Source of the DNA: Planctomycetota bacterium
Lineage (GTDB): Bacteria; Planctomycetota; Phycisphaerae; WQYP01
NCBI GenBank assembly: GCA_021810145.1
Contig: JAJZJL010000005.1
Location: forward strand, 4,667 to 68,666
Reading direction: 5' to 3'
DNA length: 64,000 nucleotides
A program made the position numbers and the translations under genes. The notes under the pieces were generated by a model, which was not told the DNA's origin, made no database searches, and saw nothing but the letters and a program-made list of their open reading frames with translations. This document shows positions 39,278 through 48,337 of this stretch, piece after piece; the first letter of the stretch is position 1; each line of letters starts with the position of its first letter.

Positions 39278-40801
39278 TCAAAGTGATTGCCGCTTTTTAT
39301 CTCCTGCTTCCGTATATCCGTTGCGATTCGGGTTTCGGGTGCCGCCAAACCCCATGAAGATGCGTGTCAGCGTTAATAATGCCCGCAGGCGGACCGTCAG
39401 ATCAGCCCCATGGAGAATCTGCAGTAACAACAGCAGTATCTGCTGGTCGTGGTGTTCCGGTTTGCGCAGATGATGCAATGTTCGACCGGTGCGCTCGACG
39501 ATCACATTCGCCCAGGTCATGGCCAGCAATCCTTCCGCTGACCGGGTAGTGCCATAGCCGCTTTCTCCACGCGCGGTGAAAGGAACTTCCGGATGCGCGG
39601 TTGGCGCAATGAGATCATTGATGACGATACACCCCGCATCCAGCCGGCGCGCCAGAGAATTGGCGGGCACGGAATCACCGAAAATAGTGGCGCTTAACCG
39701 GAACGGGCAGGCGTTGTACGCACTGAGAGCTTCAAGCAAATCCGCTACCACATGTACACACAGTACCGGCGCCATGACATCCGCCGACATAATGGGCATA
39801 TCCGGAGTCGTATGCATGAGAATCAGGGGACCAAGCAGTTTATTTTCCGATATGCTTCCCACCGCCAGACGCGCTCCGCGCGTCAATGCATCGCGCACCA
39901 GCGGCATGAGTTGAACGGTTGCGGATTCGGATAATGTGGAGAGCTTGTAATCTTCAAAGCGGCTCATCAGCAGGTGTTCAAATTTTTCCAGCATGGACCG
40001 GATGATCAGCACCCGGCGGGGAGCGATACACGTGGCACTGCCATTAAATTCCAGGCCAAACTGCAGCAAAGCCACCGCCCGGTACAAATCCGCACTGGAT
40101 AAAATAAATACCGCATCTGAACCGGAAAGTTCCATAATCGCCGGTCGCGGTGGCTTTTCCGCCATCGATTGTGCGATCGCTTTTCCGGCAGTAGCCGAAC
40201 CGGTCAAAACCACCTGATCCACGCCCAGCGCAATGGCCTCATGAACCGCGTCATTATCTTCCGGCAGCAGATGAATGAGCGTTGGATCAATCCCGCTGGT
40301 GCGCAGCAGGCTGATCAGCGCCATTGCCGCAGGTGTGCCGTCCTTACCCGGTTTTAACAGCACCGCGTTGCCCGCAACCAGAGCCTGAAGTACCTGAACT
40401 CCCGGTAGAAACAGCGGGTAGTTGGATGGTCCGACAATTAACACCAACCCATGCGGACGATGGTCCACCGTGATACGGAGGCCTGAAAACAGGGGAGATC
40501 GGACGCGCGGCCGCAAAATCCGCTCAGCACGGCGCAGTAAAAATCGTGCCGCATCGGCCAGGGGAATGATTTCAGCCGCAATCGACTCAATACTCGTGCG
40601 CCCGGGCAGGTGGGACAACGCATGAATAAATCGGGACGGACTGGCCGCCAGGCTGTGGCGAAATTTTGTAATGGCATAGAGACGATGCTCAACGGTTTGC
40701 CGACTCCATTGAATCTGCGATGCGCGAGCTTGCGCCACACTGAGTTCCAGTGGTTGCGTGGCGTTGAATCGCTCGGAAAATGGCTGTTCAACAGGTTCCA
40801 T
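39278..40801 (-). CDS. Aldehyde dehydrogenase (carotenoid AldH/CrtNc-like by context)
   Basis: PSNYP, LKP, LTGS, MELSG.D, GSATCIAP, GESGYG. Confidence 0.88.
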   Translation of the reverse strand: MEPVEQPFSERFNATQPLELSVAQARASQIQWSRQTVEHRLYAITKFRHSLAASPSRFIHALSHLPGRTSIESIAAEIIPLADAARFLLRRAERILRPRVRSPLFSGLRITVDHRPHGLVLIVGPSNYPLFLPGVQVLQALVAGNAVLLKPGKDGTPAAMALISLLRTSGIDPTLIHLLPEDNDAVHEAIALGVDQVVLTGSATAGKAIAQSMAEKPPRPAIMELSGSDAVFILSSADLYRAVALLQFGLEFNGSATCIAPRRVLIIRSMLEKFEHLLMSRFEDYKLSTLSESATVQLMPLVRDALTRGARLAVGSISENKLLGPLILMHTTPDMPIMSADVMAPVLCVHVVADLLEALSAYNACPFRLSATIFGDSVPANSLARRLDAGCIVINDLIAPTAHPEVPFTARGESGYGTTRSAEGLLAMTWANVIVERTGRTLHHLRKPEHHDQQILLLLLQILHGADLTVRLRALLTLTRIFMGFGGTRNPNRNGYTEAGDKKRQSL

Positions 40802-40816
40802 ACAGCACGCGTATCC

Positions 40817-42403
40817 TCACGTTTTCACCGAATCGGCGTCCAGCTCCGCCGCGGTTGCCGAGCCTATTTTACCCTGCTTGACGCTCATTGCCGAAGCGAG
40901 TTGGTCCCACTGCGCTTTTAAGCCCAAGTCTTCCAGCAGCAGTCGTGAACTTATCCGGGACGACTCATAAATGACCGGCAGTCCGCTGCCGGGGTGGGTT
41001 CCTCCGCCAACGAGATAAATTCCGCCGGTTTCTTCCAGCCGGTTATGCGGACGAAAATGCAGCATTTGCCGGAAATCATGGGCCAGATTAAACGTGGCAC
41101 CGCGGAATATGGCCATGCGATTCTGCCAATCCTCAGGCGTGACAACACGTTCAAAGCGAATGCGGGATTCGATATCTTTCAGGCCGAAACGCTCAAGTTG
41201 TCGCAACATGCGCTGCCGAAATGACGCCTTGGCGGATTTCCAATCTATGTTGGCATGTTGATGCGAAACCGGAACCAGTACATATAACGTACTGCATCCT
41301 GCCGGTGCCAGAGCCGGGTCGGTTACACATGCGTTCTGAACATAAAATGACGGATTATCTGAAAGCTGATGTTCCTGTTCTATGTCCGAGAGATTCTGCC
41401 GGTAGTTCTCAGCCAGGTAAATGTTGTGATGCAGCAGGTCGGGGTAGTGGCCTTCAATACCCAGATACATCATGAATGTTGAGCAGGAGTACCGGGCATT
41501 TTCAATGCGCTGATTGGTCCAGCGGCGTCGCAGGCCATCGGGTATCAGGCGGGGAACGGCATGTGCGAAATCGGCATTAATAACCACCGCGTCGGCGGGG
41601 TAGGTTGCCTGGTGTGTGCGCACAGCGGTAACCACCGATCCGCTGAATACCAATTCTTCCACCGGTTCACCAAGTTTTATCCGCACACCCGATGCTTCCA
41701 GCAGTTCACCCATGCGTTCGCTTACGCGGGCGCAGCCGCCCAGCGGATGAAATACCCCGTGTTCGTATTCCAGGAATGACAAAATGGAAAATAATCCCGG
41801 GCAGCGAAAGGGTGACATGCCCAGATACTTGGCCTGAAAGCTGAAGGCCAGGCGAATGCGCGGGTCGGCGAAATAGCGTTGCAATTCCCGGTCCAGCGAA
41901 TTCCATGGCCGCAGCATGGGCAGTAATTTCATCATTCGCCTGGTAATGATGTCGCGCCAGCTCGAAAAAGGCGTCTGCAGACAGGGTGTAAACGCCTCCA
42001 GTTTGGCACGATTTTCACTTAAAAACCGGGGCAGATTTTCCGCATCTTTGGGAGCCAGTTGCGCAATTGCTGCCTGCATTTTGCCTACATCGCCCGTGGC
42101 CACAATTTCCCCATTGCCTTCAAAGGTCAGACGATATTGCGGGTCCAGCCGTCGCATGGGCACTTCGTTAAAAAGATCATATCCGGCAGCGGCAAAGATA
42201 TTTTTGAGGACTTCAGGATACAGAAAGAAGGTGGGGCCAACGTCAAACCGGAATCCGTCGCTTTCAATAGCGCTGGTTCTTCCGCCCACGTGATCCAGAC
42301 GTTCCAGAATCGTCACATCCAGACCGGCTTTGGCCAGTAACATCGCTGCAGCCAGCCCGCCCGGGCCGGCACCGACAATAACCACACGCTTCTTTTTGCT
42401 CAT
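40817..42403 (-). CDS. crtN: Phytoene/dehydrosqualene desaturase (CrtI/CrtN family)
   Basis: VGAGPGGLAAA, FRFDVGPTFF, KYLGMSP, GATFNLAH, LVGGGTHPGSGLPVI. Start could be further upstream. Confidence 0.85.
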   Translation of the reverse strand: MSKKKRVVIVGAGPGGLAAAMLLAKAGLDVTILERLDHVGGRTSAIESDGFRFDVGPTFFLYPEVLKNIFAAAGYDLFNEVPMRRLDPQYRLTFEGNGEIVATGDVGKMQAAIAQLAPKDAENLPRFLSENRAKLEAFTPCLQTPFSSWRDIITRRMMKLLPMLRPWNSLDRELQRYFADPRIRLAFSFQAKYLGMSPFRCPGLFSILSFLEYEHGVFHPLGGCARVSERMGELLEASGVRIKLGEPVEELVFSGSVVTAVRTHQATYPADAVVINADFAHAVPRLIPDGLRRRWTNQRIENARYSCSTFMMYLGIEGHYPDLLHHNIYLAENYRQNLSDIEQEHQLSDNPSFYVQNACVTDPALAPAGCSTLYVLVPVSHQHANIDWKSAKASFRQRMLRQLERFGLKDIESRIRFERVVTPEDWQNRMAIFRGATFNLAHDFRQMLHFRPHNRLEETGGIYLVGGGTHPGSGLPVIYESSRISSRLLLEDLGLKAQWDQLASAMSVKQGKIGSATAAELDADSVKT

Positions 42404-42784
42404 AGAGCGACTGAACCTCCACGAATTCGGGATATTGTAGGCAGGCAATGACGCCTTGTCTGAATTCGCATTCATTTCTTCCATTATGCCAGTACGCAGG
42501 TAAATCCGCAGCCGATGAGTGGTCGGTGGGCTGCCCTGGGCGGAACCGACCATTTTATAGATCTGATATTGAACTGTGTGTGATAAATCGGGCGATTTGT
42601 CAAAAATACGATCGATGCAGGGGCCAGGTAATGGCTATGGGCTATCGTCGCGGAGCCAAAGTATGTTGCCGCTTGGGCCGCTGGTCAGATCACTGCCGTG
42701 GGGGTGTCATGCGCGTGTTTTCAGAACCGCTGTTGGCAAGCATTTACACCCGTGACGATTTTGTTATAATTCTCAATTCGTTAC

Positions 42785-42856
42785 GCGGGCGTAGCTCAGT
42801 GGTAGAGCGTCACGTTGCCAACGTGAATGTCGAGGGTTCAAATCCCTTCGCCCGCT
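42785..42856 (+). tRNA. tRNA-Gly(GCC)
   Basis: Acceptor GCGGGCG/CGCCCGC, D arm GCTC/GAGC, anticodon stem TCACG/CGTGA with loop TTGCCAA, T arm GAGGG-TTCAAAT-CCCTT; CCA not encoded. Confidence 0.97.
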
Positions 42857-42857
42857 T

Positions 42858-44018
42858 TCAGATGCCAAGTTGTCGTGCGGCGGCTAGGAACTGCTCATAA
42901 TTTGTGTGCATTTCACGCATGGAGTCGCCCCCAAATTTTTCCACCATGGACCGGGCAATCTCAAATGCTATAACATTTTCCACAACGACCGCGGCGGCGG
43001 GAACCGCGCAGACATCACTGCGCTCATAATCCGCTTTGCCGGCCTGTTTATTCGTCAGATCCACACTCGGCATGGTCTTTTTCAGCAGCGTGCTGATGGG
43101 CTTCATTGCCGCCCGCACCACCACCGGTTGCCCGTTGGTCATGCCGCCTTCCAACCCGCCGGCGTTATTGGTGGGGCGGTTGAACCCGAGTTTGGGCGTA
43201 TCACGCAGGGCCGGGTCATATTCAATCGGGTCATGTACTTCCGAGCCGGGCAGTTCCGCGGTTCTAAACCCCATGCCAATTTCCACGCCTTTTATGGCTT
43301 GGATGCCCATGACTTCCGCGGCAATGCGGCTGTCGAGTTTCCAATCCCATTGTGCGCAACTGCCTAATCCGATGGGGCAGCCGATTACCCGTGTTTCAAC
43401 GATTCCGCCTAGCGTATCGCCCTGAATTTTTGCCGCCTTGATTTGCTCAATCATTGCTTCGGCCGCAATCGAATCCGGGCAATATACCTCGCTGGTTGCA
43501 ATCAGCCGGCGCAGCTCAGGTAACGGCGTGTCCGCGGCGACATGGGCCTTGGCCGATCCGATCTGCACCACAAAACCAACAACTTCAATGCCAAATTGCC
43601 GCAGAAGGCACCGCGCAATAGCCCCCACGGCCACGCGATTCGCGGTTTCCCGGGCGCTGGCGCGTTCCAGCGTCTCACGGCAATCCGTGCTCAGCCATTT
43701 GGTGGCCCCGGCCAAATCCGCATGACCGGGCCGCGGCTTTATCAAGGCCGGAGTATCATCCAATCGGCTGTCTTTATTGGGTATTTCCACCACCAGCGGG
43801 GAGCCAATGGTTTTCCCCCGCCTGAAACCCGTACGGAAATTCACCGCATCGGTTTCAATGCGCTGCCGGCCACCGCGGCCGTAGCCGCCCTGTCGTCGGC
43901 GTAATTCGCTATTGATGAAATCGACGTCCAAATCCAGTCCGGCGGGCAGCCCCTCAATAATGCTCACCAGAGCCGGACCGTGTGATTCACCTGCAGTACG
44001 ATAAGTCAATGTTGCCAT
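42858..44018 (-). CDS. aroC: Chorismate synthase
   Basis: TAGESHG, RRQGGYGRGGR, PRPGHAD, ERASARETA, NNAGGLEGGMTNG, MKPISTL, ERSDVC. Confidence 0.97.
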   Translation of the reverse strand: MATLTYRTAGESHGPALVSIIEGLPAGLDLDVDFINSELRRRQGGYGRGGRQRIETDAVNFRTGFRRGKTIGSPLVVEIPNKDSRLDDTPALIKPRPGHADLAGATKWLSTDCRETLERASARETANRVAVGAIARCLLRQFGIEVVGFVVQIGSAKAHVAADTPLPELRRLIATSEVYCPDSIAAEAMIEQIKAAKIQGDTLGGIVETRVIGCPIGLGSCAQWDWKLDSRIAAEVMGIQAIKGVEIGMGFRTAELPGSEVHDPIEYDPALRDTPKLGFNRPTNNAGGLEGGMTNGQPVVVRAAMKPISTLLKKTMPSVDLTNKQAGKADYERSDVCAVPAAAVVVENVIAFEIARSMVEKFGGDSMREMHTNYEQFLAAARQLGI

Positions 44019-44188
44019 AGCTGGGGAATTGTAACGTCTGTCCGCCCGGGCGGCTAATGAATCTGATGATTGTCGGCCCAGGAATCGTAGGCAATGAAGG
44101 CAAGAATAATCAGAAATCAATGATTTCCTGCAAAACAGAGCTGCATAAAATCGACAATCCCATTGATGGGCTCGATTGGCCTTTGCGG

Positions 44189-44387
44189 ATGGAGAATGTG
44201 GGGGAAAGTGGAGAAAAAGTAAAAAATATTTTTTTTACATCGATGCACCCAAAATTCTACTAATAGTGGTTCTCAGTGTTTTGAAGCTACTGGTTGATGT
44301 TATTATGGGGCGTGTGAATGTTGAATCCCATGATTGCCCCTAATGTGGAGCAAAAAGTATTGACTTTCCCACAAGTTTTTATATGCT
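44189..44387 (+). promoter_or_regulatory. mraZ promoter region with MraZ-box-like repeats
   Basis: ATGGAG/GTGGGG/GTGGAG at 44189, 44198, 44208 (9-10 bp period); further GTGG at 44266 and 44345; TTGACT (44360)-16 bp-TATGCT (44382) with a reverse GTGGG in the spacer. Confidence 0.65.
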
Positions 44388-44443
44388 CTAAGCCGATGAA
44401 GACAGGAGCAAGTTTTCTGTGTGCTTGAAGGTTGGAAGCTTGG

Positions 44444-44926
44444 ATGTATCTGGTTGGTTCATACGAGCACGTAATCGACGCCAAGAATCGCCTGGCGATT
44501 CCATCGGCGCATCGGCAGGAAGTGCCCGAATCACCATCCGGAAAGAAGCGATTCTATGCCCGGCCAGTTGAAATTCGTGAGCCCAGCGGTGGCAAGCGGC
44601 GTTTTGTGGAACTGATCCCCGAGCCGGTTTTTTTAGCTCTTGCGGAGAAGGAAAAAAAAGAAGACAGCCTGGAAATGCCGGTTGAAGAACAGGATCGTCA
44701 ATTAAGCCTGTTCGCAGGCGTCAAGATTCTGGAAATCGACGAGCAGGGCAGGGTTGTCATGCCCGATGATTTTCTGGATCGTCCGGATAAAAAGCCCAGC
44801 CGCTTTGCCATCAATATCCTGGGCCGTGATGTGGTACTTGCGGGCGTTGGTTCCCGCATACAGGTATGGAACGCGGAAGAATATCATCGCCGCTTTGATG
44901 GAGCCGGAAGGGTTCGGGCGGCGTAA
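44444..44926 (+). CDS. mraZ: Transcriptional regulator MraZ
   Basis: GSYEHVIDAKNRLAIP, EIDEQGRVVMP, VVLAGVGSRIQVW; upstream of rsmH. Confidence 0.92.
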   Translation: MYLVGSYEHVIDAKNRLAIPSAHRQEVPESPSGKKRFYARPVEIREPSGGKRRFVELIPEPVFLALAEKEKKEDSLEMPVEEQDRQLSLFAGVKILEIDEQGRVVMPDDFLDRPDKKPSRFAINILGRDVVLAGVGSRIQVWNAEEYHRRFDGAGRVRAA

Positions 44927-44935
44927 CAATACTCT

Positions 44936-45266
44936 CTGGAGCGCTTCTCGCGGTCAAGGATGACCGCTGAGACCAGGCTCCCCACGCAGGGATGCGTGTG
45001 TATGAAAGGCTTCTGCTGTCGCATGGATGCGACATAATAAGAAGCCGACACAGGGCGAATTGCGGTACGGACAGTTCATGGAAGAACTGTCCGTACCGCC
45101 GCCCCGAAACAATGGCCAGGTGGCTGAACAGGATGTTCGGTTCCCGCACGCCACCAACTCAAAGGACTGAGGCTTTGGCGCCGCTGGTCTTCAAGGATGA
45201 ACATGCTCGGGCCATGGAAGGCATGGCAGGGACACGTACCGGCCAGTCGTGTCCCTGTCTTTTTTT
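44936..45266 (+). ncRNA. Candidate CsrB/RsmZ-like multi-GGA-hairpin RNA
   Basis: Eight stem-loops with loops AAGGAT (44956), AGGGAT (44988), ATGGAT (45023), ATGGAA (45078), AGGAT (45130), AAGGAC (45162), AAGGAT (45193), ATGGAA (45214), then a terminator. The 5' end is unknown. Confidence 0.75.
45225..45266 (+). terminator. Intrinsic terminator between mraZ and rsmH
   Basis: 12-bp stem GGCAGGGACACG/CGTGTCCCTGTC (one G-U pair) followed by T7. Confidence 0.8.
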
Positions 45267-45351
45267 CGATTTTTCGGTCGGGCAATGGTCGTTCCACGCC
45301 CCGACTTGTGAGTTATCGGATTCAGGTCTTCGGCGTGAGCCGTTGCTGCAG

Positions 45352-46269
45352 ATGGATACGGCACAACATGGTCACGAACCTGTCCTGCTCAATGAAGCAA
45401 TGGAATTGCTGTCTCCGCAATCCGGCGACATCGTCCTTGATTGTACAACCGGCCGCGCGGGACACGCTCTGGCACTGGCTGGGAAAATTGGCGCAAATGG
45501 CACCCTGCTGTGTCTGGATGTTGATCCGGTTAATCTCACGTTTGCAAAGCAGCGACTGGATAACGCCGGACCAACCTGCCGCTTTTTTCAGGCTAATTTT
45601 GCGCAGCTCCCGGACGTACTGGATGCCGCTGAGATTCCGGCCGTCGATGTAATTTTGGCAGATCTCGGTGTTTCCACCAACCAGATGTTGTCAGAGCAAT
45701 ATGGGCTGAGTTTTACGCACGATGGTCCGCTGGATATGCGGTTGGATCCGCAGTTGGATCGCACGGCGGCTGATCTAGTCAATGACCTGCCGGAAAAAGA
45801 TCTGGCTGATCTGATTTTTCAGAACGCGGAAGAACGGTATTCGCGGCGAATTGCGCGAAACATTGTACAAGCTCGCAAACTGAAAAGAATTGCCACGACC
45901 GCCGAATTGGCAAGGCTTGTCCGTGCGTGCTTGCCACCGGCGCGATTCGGTCAAATTGATCCGGCCACTCGTACTTTCCAGGCGATACGCATGGAAGTGA
46001 ATCATGAACTCGACAACCTTGCAGAGTTGTTAAAAGTGGCACCCGGACGGCTTAAACCCGGAGGGCGAATCGGGATCATCAGTTTTCATTCCGGTGAAGA
46101 CCGACTGGTCAAACAGGAATTCAGACAATGGGCTGCTGATGGAAAATGTGACGTATTAACGTCCAAGCCCGTTGTGCCGACAGAATTTGAAATGACTTCC
46201 AATCCGAGGAGCCGAAGCGCTAAATTGCGGGTTGCTCGTTTGCGGATGGAAGAAAAACAGGCTTGGTGA
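45352..46269 (+). CDS. rsmH: 16S rRNA m4C1402 methyltransferase RsmH (MraW)
   Basis: HEPVLL, DCTTGRAGH, ADLGVS..Q, GPLDMRLD, PATRTFQAIR..VN.EL, ISFHSGEDRLVK, NPRSRSAKLR. Confidence 0.96.
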   Translation: MDTAQHGHEPVLLNEAMELLSPQSGDIVLDCTTGRAGHALALAGKIGANGTLLCLDVDPVNLTFAKQRLDNAGPTCRFFQANFAQLPDVLDAAEIPAVDVILADLGVSTNQMLSEQYGLSFTHDGPLDMRLDPQLDRTAADLVNDLPEKDLADLIFQNAEERYSRRIARNIVQARKLKRIATTAELARLVRACLPPARFGQIDPATRTFQAIRMEVNHELDNLAELLKVAPGRLKPGGRIGIISFHSGEDRLVKQEFRQWAADGKCDVLTSKPVVPTEFEMTSNPRSRSAKLRVARLRMEEKQAW

Positions 46270-46323
46270 TGCGGTAACAACCAGTGTTCCGCCGCGCATA
46301 GAATGACCGGGAGGTAAGGCATT

Positions 46324-47214
46324 ATGAACAGAGAAACAAAAATCGGGCTGGTAACAGGCGTAACGCTCATAGTTCTTATTGGAGCTATGCTATCAAGCTA
46401 TCTGAGTGCTCCGCACGACAAAATCGGTGATTTGTCTATAAGTGGACTTGGTCGCACGCTGCGCAACCAGATCAGCAATCCGGTGGGTATTGCGCAAGTA
46501 CCGGTTCCACAAAAAGCGTCGATTCGCCCGCCGCAGCCGGCGGTTGTCGCGGCCGTTCCCTCTGCTGTTGTGCCGCCGGCCGTGACCGCTTCCACACAAT
46601 ACAATCAAGTTACGCAATTGCCTTATGGTGCATCACCCAATACACCCCGCACCGCCCTGGTACAAACTGCCGCAACCGCTACTGCCGCCGTTATGCCGGT
46701 TGTCGTTGCCCGGCAACCATCCGTCGCGGTTGCCGCCGGTACCGCCAGCGCTGCCGCTTCATCCCAGGCTGCCACCTATACGGTGCGACCCGGCGATACA
46801 TTGGGAAAAATTGCGTGGCATTTTTATCATGATGCCGGTCCGGTGGCTTTGCAACGAATCGTCAATGCTAATCGCTCGGAGCTAAGCAGTGTCAAGGCTA
46901 TGATTCGTGTGGGTGAAACACTCCAAATTCCCGCCGTGAACCAGGGGAGCACATCACACCTGCGCCTCATGACCATGGCCGCTCAAACAGCCGGGAATCT
47001 CTACAGTGCCAAGACCGGATCGCAGCGCCGCACGGCCGGAGAGCCGGCACGGGTTCGCACATACCGTGTCCAAAGCGGTGATACACTATGGGGCATTGCT
47101 CAAAAAACCATGGGAGCGGGTACCGACGCCAATGTTCATCGCATCATGGTACTTAATCATATTCGTAACGCACGCACCATAGCGGTCGGCGAGACGCTGA
47201 AAATCCCATCCTGA
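46324..47214 (+). CDS. Membrane-anchored protein with two LysM domains
   Basis: N-terminal TM, Ala/Pro/Val linker, YTVRPGDTLGKIA and YRVQSGDTLWGIA..VGETLKIP; GGAGG SD. Confidence 0.92.
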   Translation: MNRETKIGLVTGVTLIVLIGAMLSSYLSAPHDKIGDLSISGLGRTLRNQISNPVGIAQVPVPQKASIRPPQPAVVAAVPSAVVPPAVTASTQYNQVTQLPYGASPNTPRTALVQTAATATAAVMPVVVARQPSVAVAAGTASAAASSQAATYTVRPGDTLGKIAWHFYHDAGPVALQRIVNANRSELSSVKAMIRVGETLQIPAVNQGSTSHLRLMTMAAQTAGNLYSAKTGSQRRTAGEPARVRTYRVQSGDTLWGIAQKTMGAGTDANVHRIMVLNHIRNARTIAVGETLKIPS

Positions 47215-47593
47215 GACATCCAACCGCAGTGCGATGCAAACTATCAAATGGCATTAATCGGCACGGGTGAAGTTGCAGAGCGGTGTACCTTTGTGCCGTT
47301 GCACGCTGGAAGCCGGTCCGGACAGTACTGCGGGTAAGATACCCGTTTGCGCCAGATTTTACGCATCAGTACAGCGAACCGCCAGATTGTAAAATCGTTA
47401 CAACGCGTGCAGTTGCAAACCAGCTCGGGCGTTGCTTTCCCGTTGGCATCGGCGAAGATTGTGCCGCCAGAATCAGAAAGTTGGCCCGGCGCAGATGTCA
47501 GGAATTAGGGAAAGAAAACAAACGGGGCCGATCCATAGCGCCCCGGACCGGCCCCGTTGCGGGAGAAGGATGTCATTTGTCACTAGCCGATAA

Positions 47594-48217
47594 TTAATTG
47601 TTTCCTCTCTGGCCATTCTGATCCCCGCCATCCCCATGATCGGCATGATTACCATGGCCACCATGGCCACCATGATCACCATGATCACCATCTTGATGAT
47701 CGGCACCATCTTGTTCCTTGAGCTTCATCTTCAGTAACGTGCCATTTGGAAGTACCTTGAGCTTGTAGGTATGTTCGCCGATCTTTACGGTGGCTTTGTA
47801 ATATGAATCGCCATTCTCGAAAAAGTGCTCGCCGATGTCCGATGCCCGGCCACCGCCCATCTCCTGCTTGATAGTGGCCTGGACCTCAGGAGGTAGTTTT
47901 GCCATGCTTAAATCAGCATCACTGAGGTGCTTTCTCAGCAACGTGCCATCCATGGCAATTTTTATTTCATAAGGCTGTTTGGCAATCACGACATCCGCTT
48001 CATATGTGGCCTGATGGTCGCCGATGTTCATATCAATTTCCCCGACTTGTCCACCTTGGGCTTCACGGGTAAGTGTCTTGGCCACAGCGGCTGGCAATTG
48101 TGCCATGGTGACTTTGCTTTCCCCGCGATCCGGCGCATCAGCACGCACGGGCATCAAGCCGCCCGCGGCGAAACCCAGACCCACAACCCCGACGATAAGA
48201 AATGTTTTGCGATTCAT
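47594..48217 (-). CDS. Exported PepSY-like tandem-repeat protein with His/Gly/Asp-rich tail
   Basis: Signal peptide; two LP..V..T....GG...YE..I..DGTLL repeats; C-terminal DHQDGDHGDHGGHGGHGNHADHG; AGGAG SD. Confidence 0.8.
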   Translation of the reverse strand: MNRKTFLIVGVVGLGFAAGGLMPVRADAPDRGESKVTMAQLPAAVAKTLTREAQGGQVGEIDMNIGDHQATYEADVVIAKQPYEIKIAMDGTLLRKHLSDADLSMAKLPPEVQATIKQEMGGGRASDIGEHFFENGDSYYKATVKIGEHTYKLKVLPNGTLLKMKLKEQDGADHQDGDHGDHGGHGGHGNHADHGDGGDQNGQRGNN

Positions 48218-48337
48218 AATCGCGCTCCTGAAAAAAGACGCACGAACTGAACCATTCAGTCCGAATATCCACAACTTAGCATCCTTCCATGAAAAGAATA
48301 TGAAATCCACCGCGTGTTAATTGTCCTTACGGTTGGG

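Noticed and set aside
35833-42856. Genomic island integrated at tRNA-Gly
   Set aside because: No integrase and no duplicated tRNA 3' end was seen; the tRNA 3' side abuts aroC directly.
44936-45266. CRISPR array or REP cluster as the explanation for the hairpins
   Set aside because: The stems share no sequence; only the loop motif recurs. There are no identical repeats, spacers or cas genes.
44992-45351. 120-codon N-terminal extension of RsmH in the ORF track
   Set aside because: RsmH similarity begins at MDTAQHGHEPV (45352); the extension crosses the hairpin array and terminator and does not look like protein.
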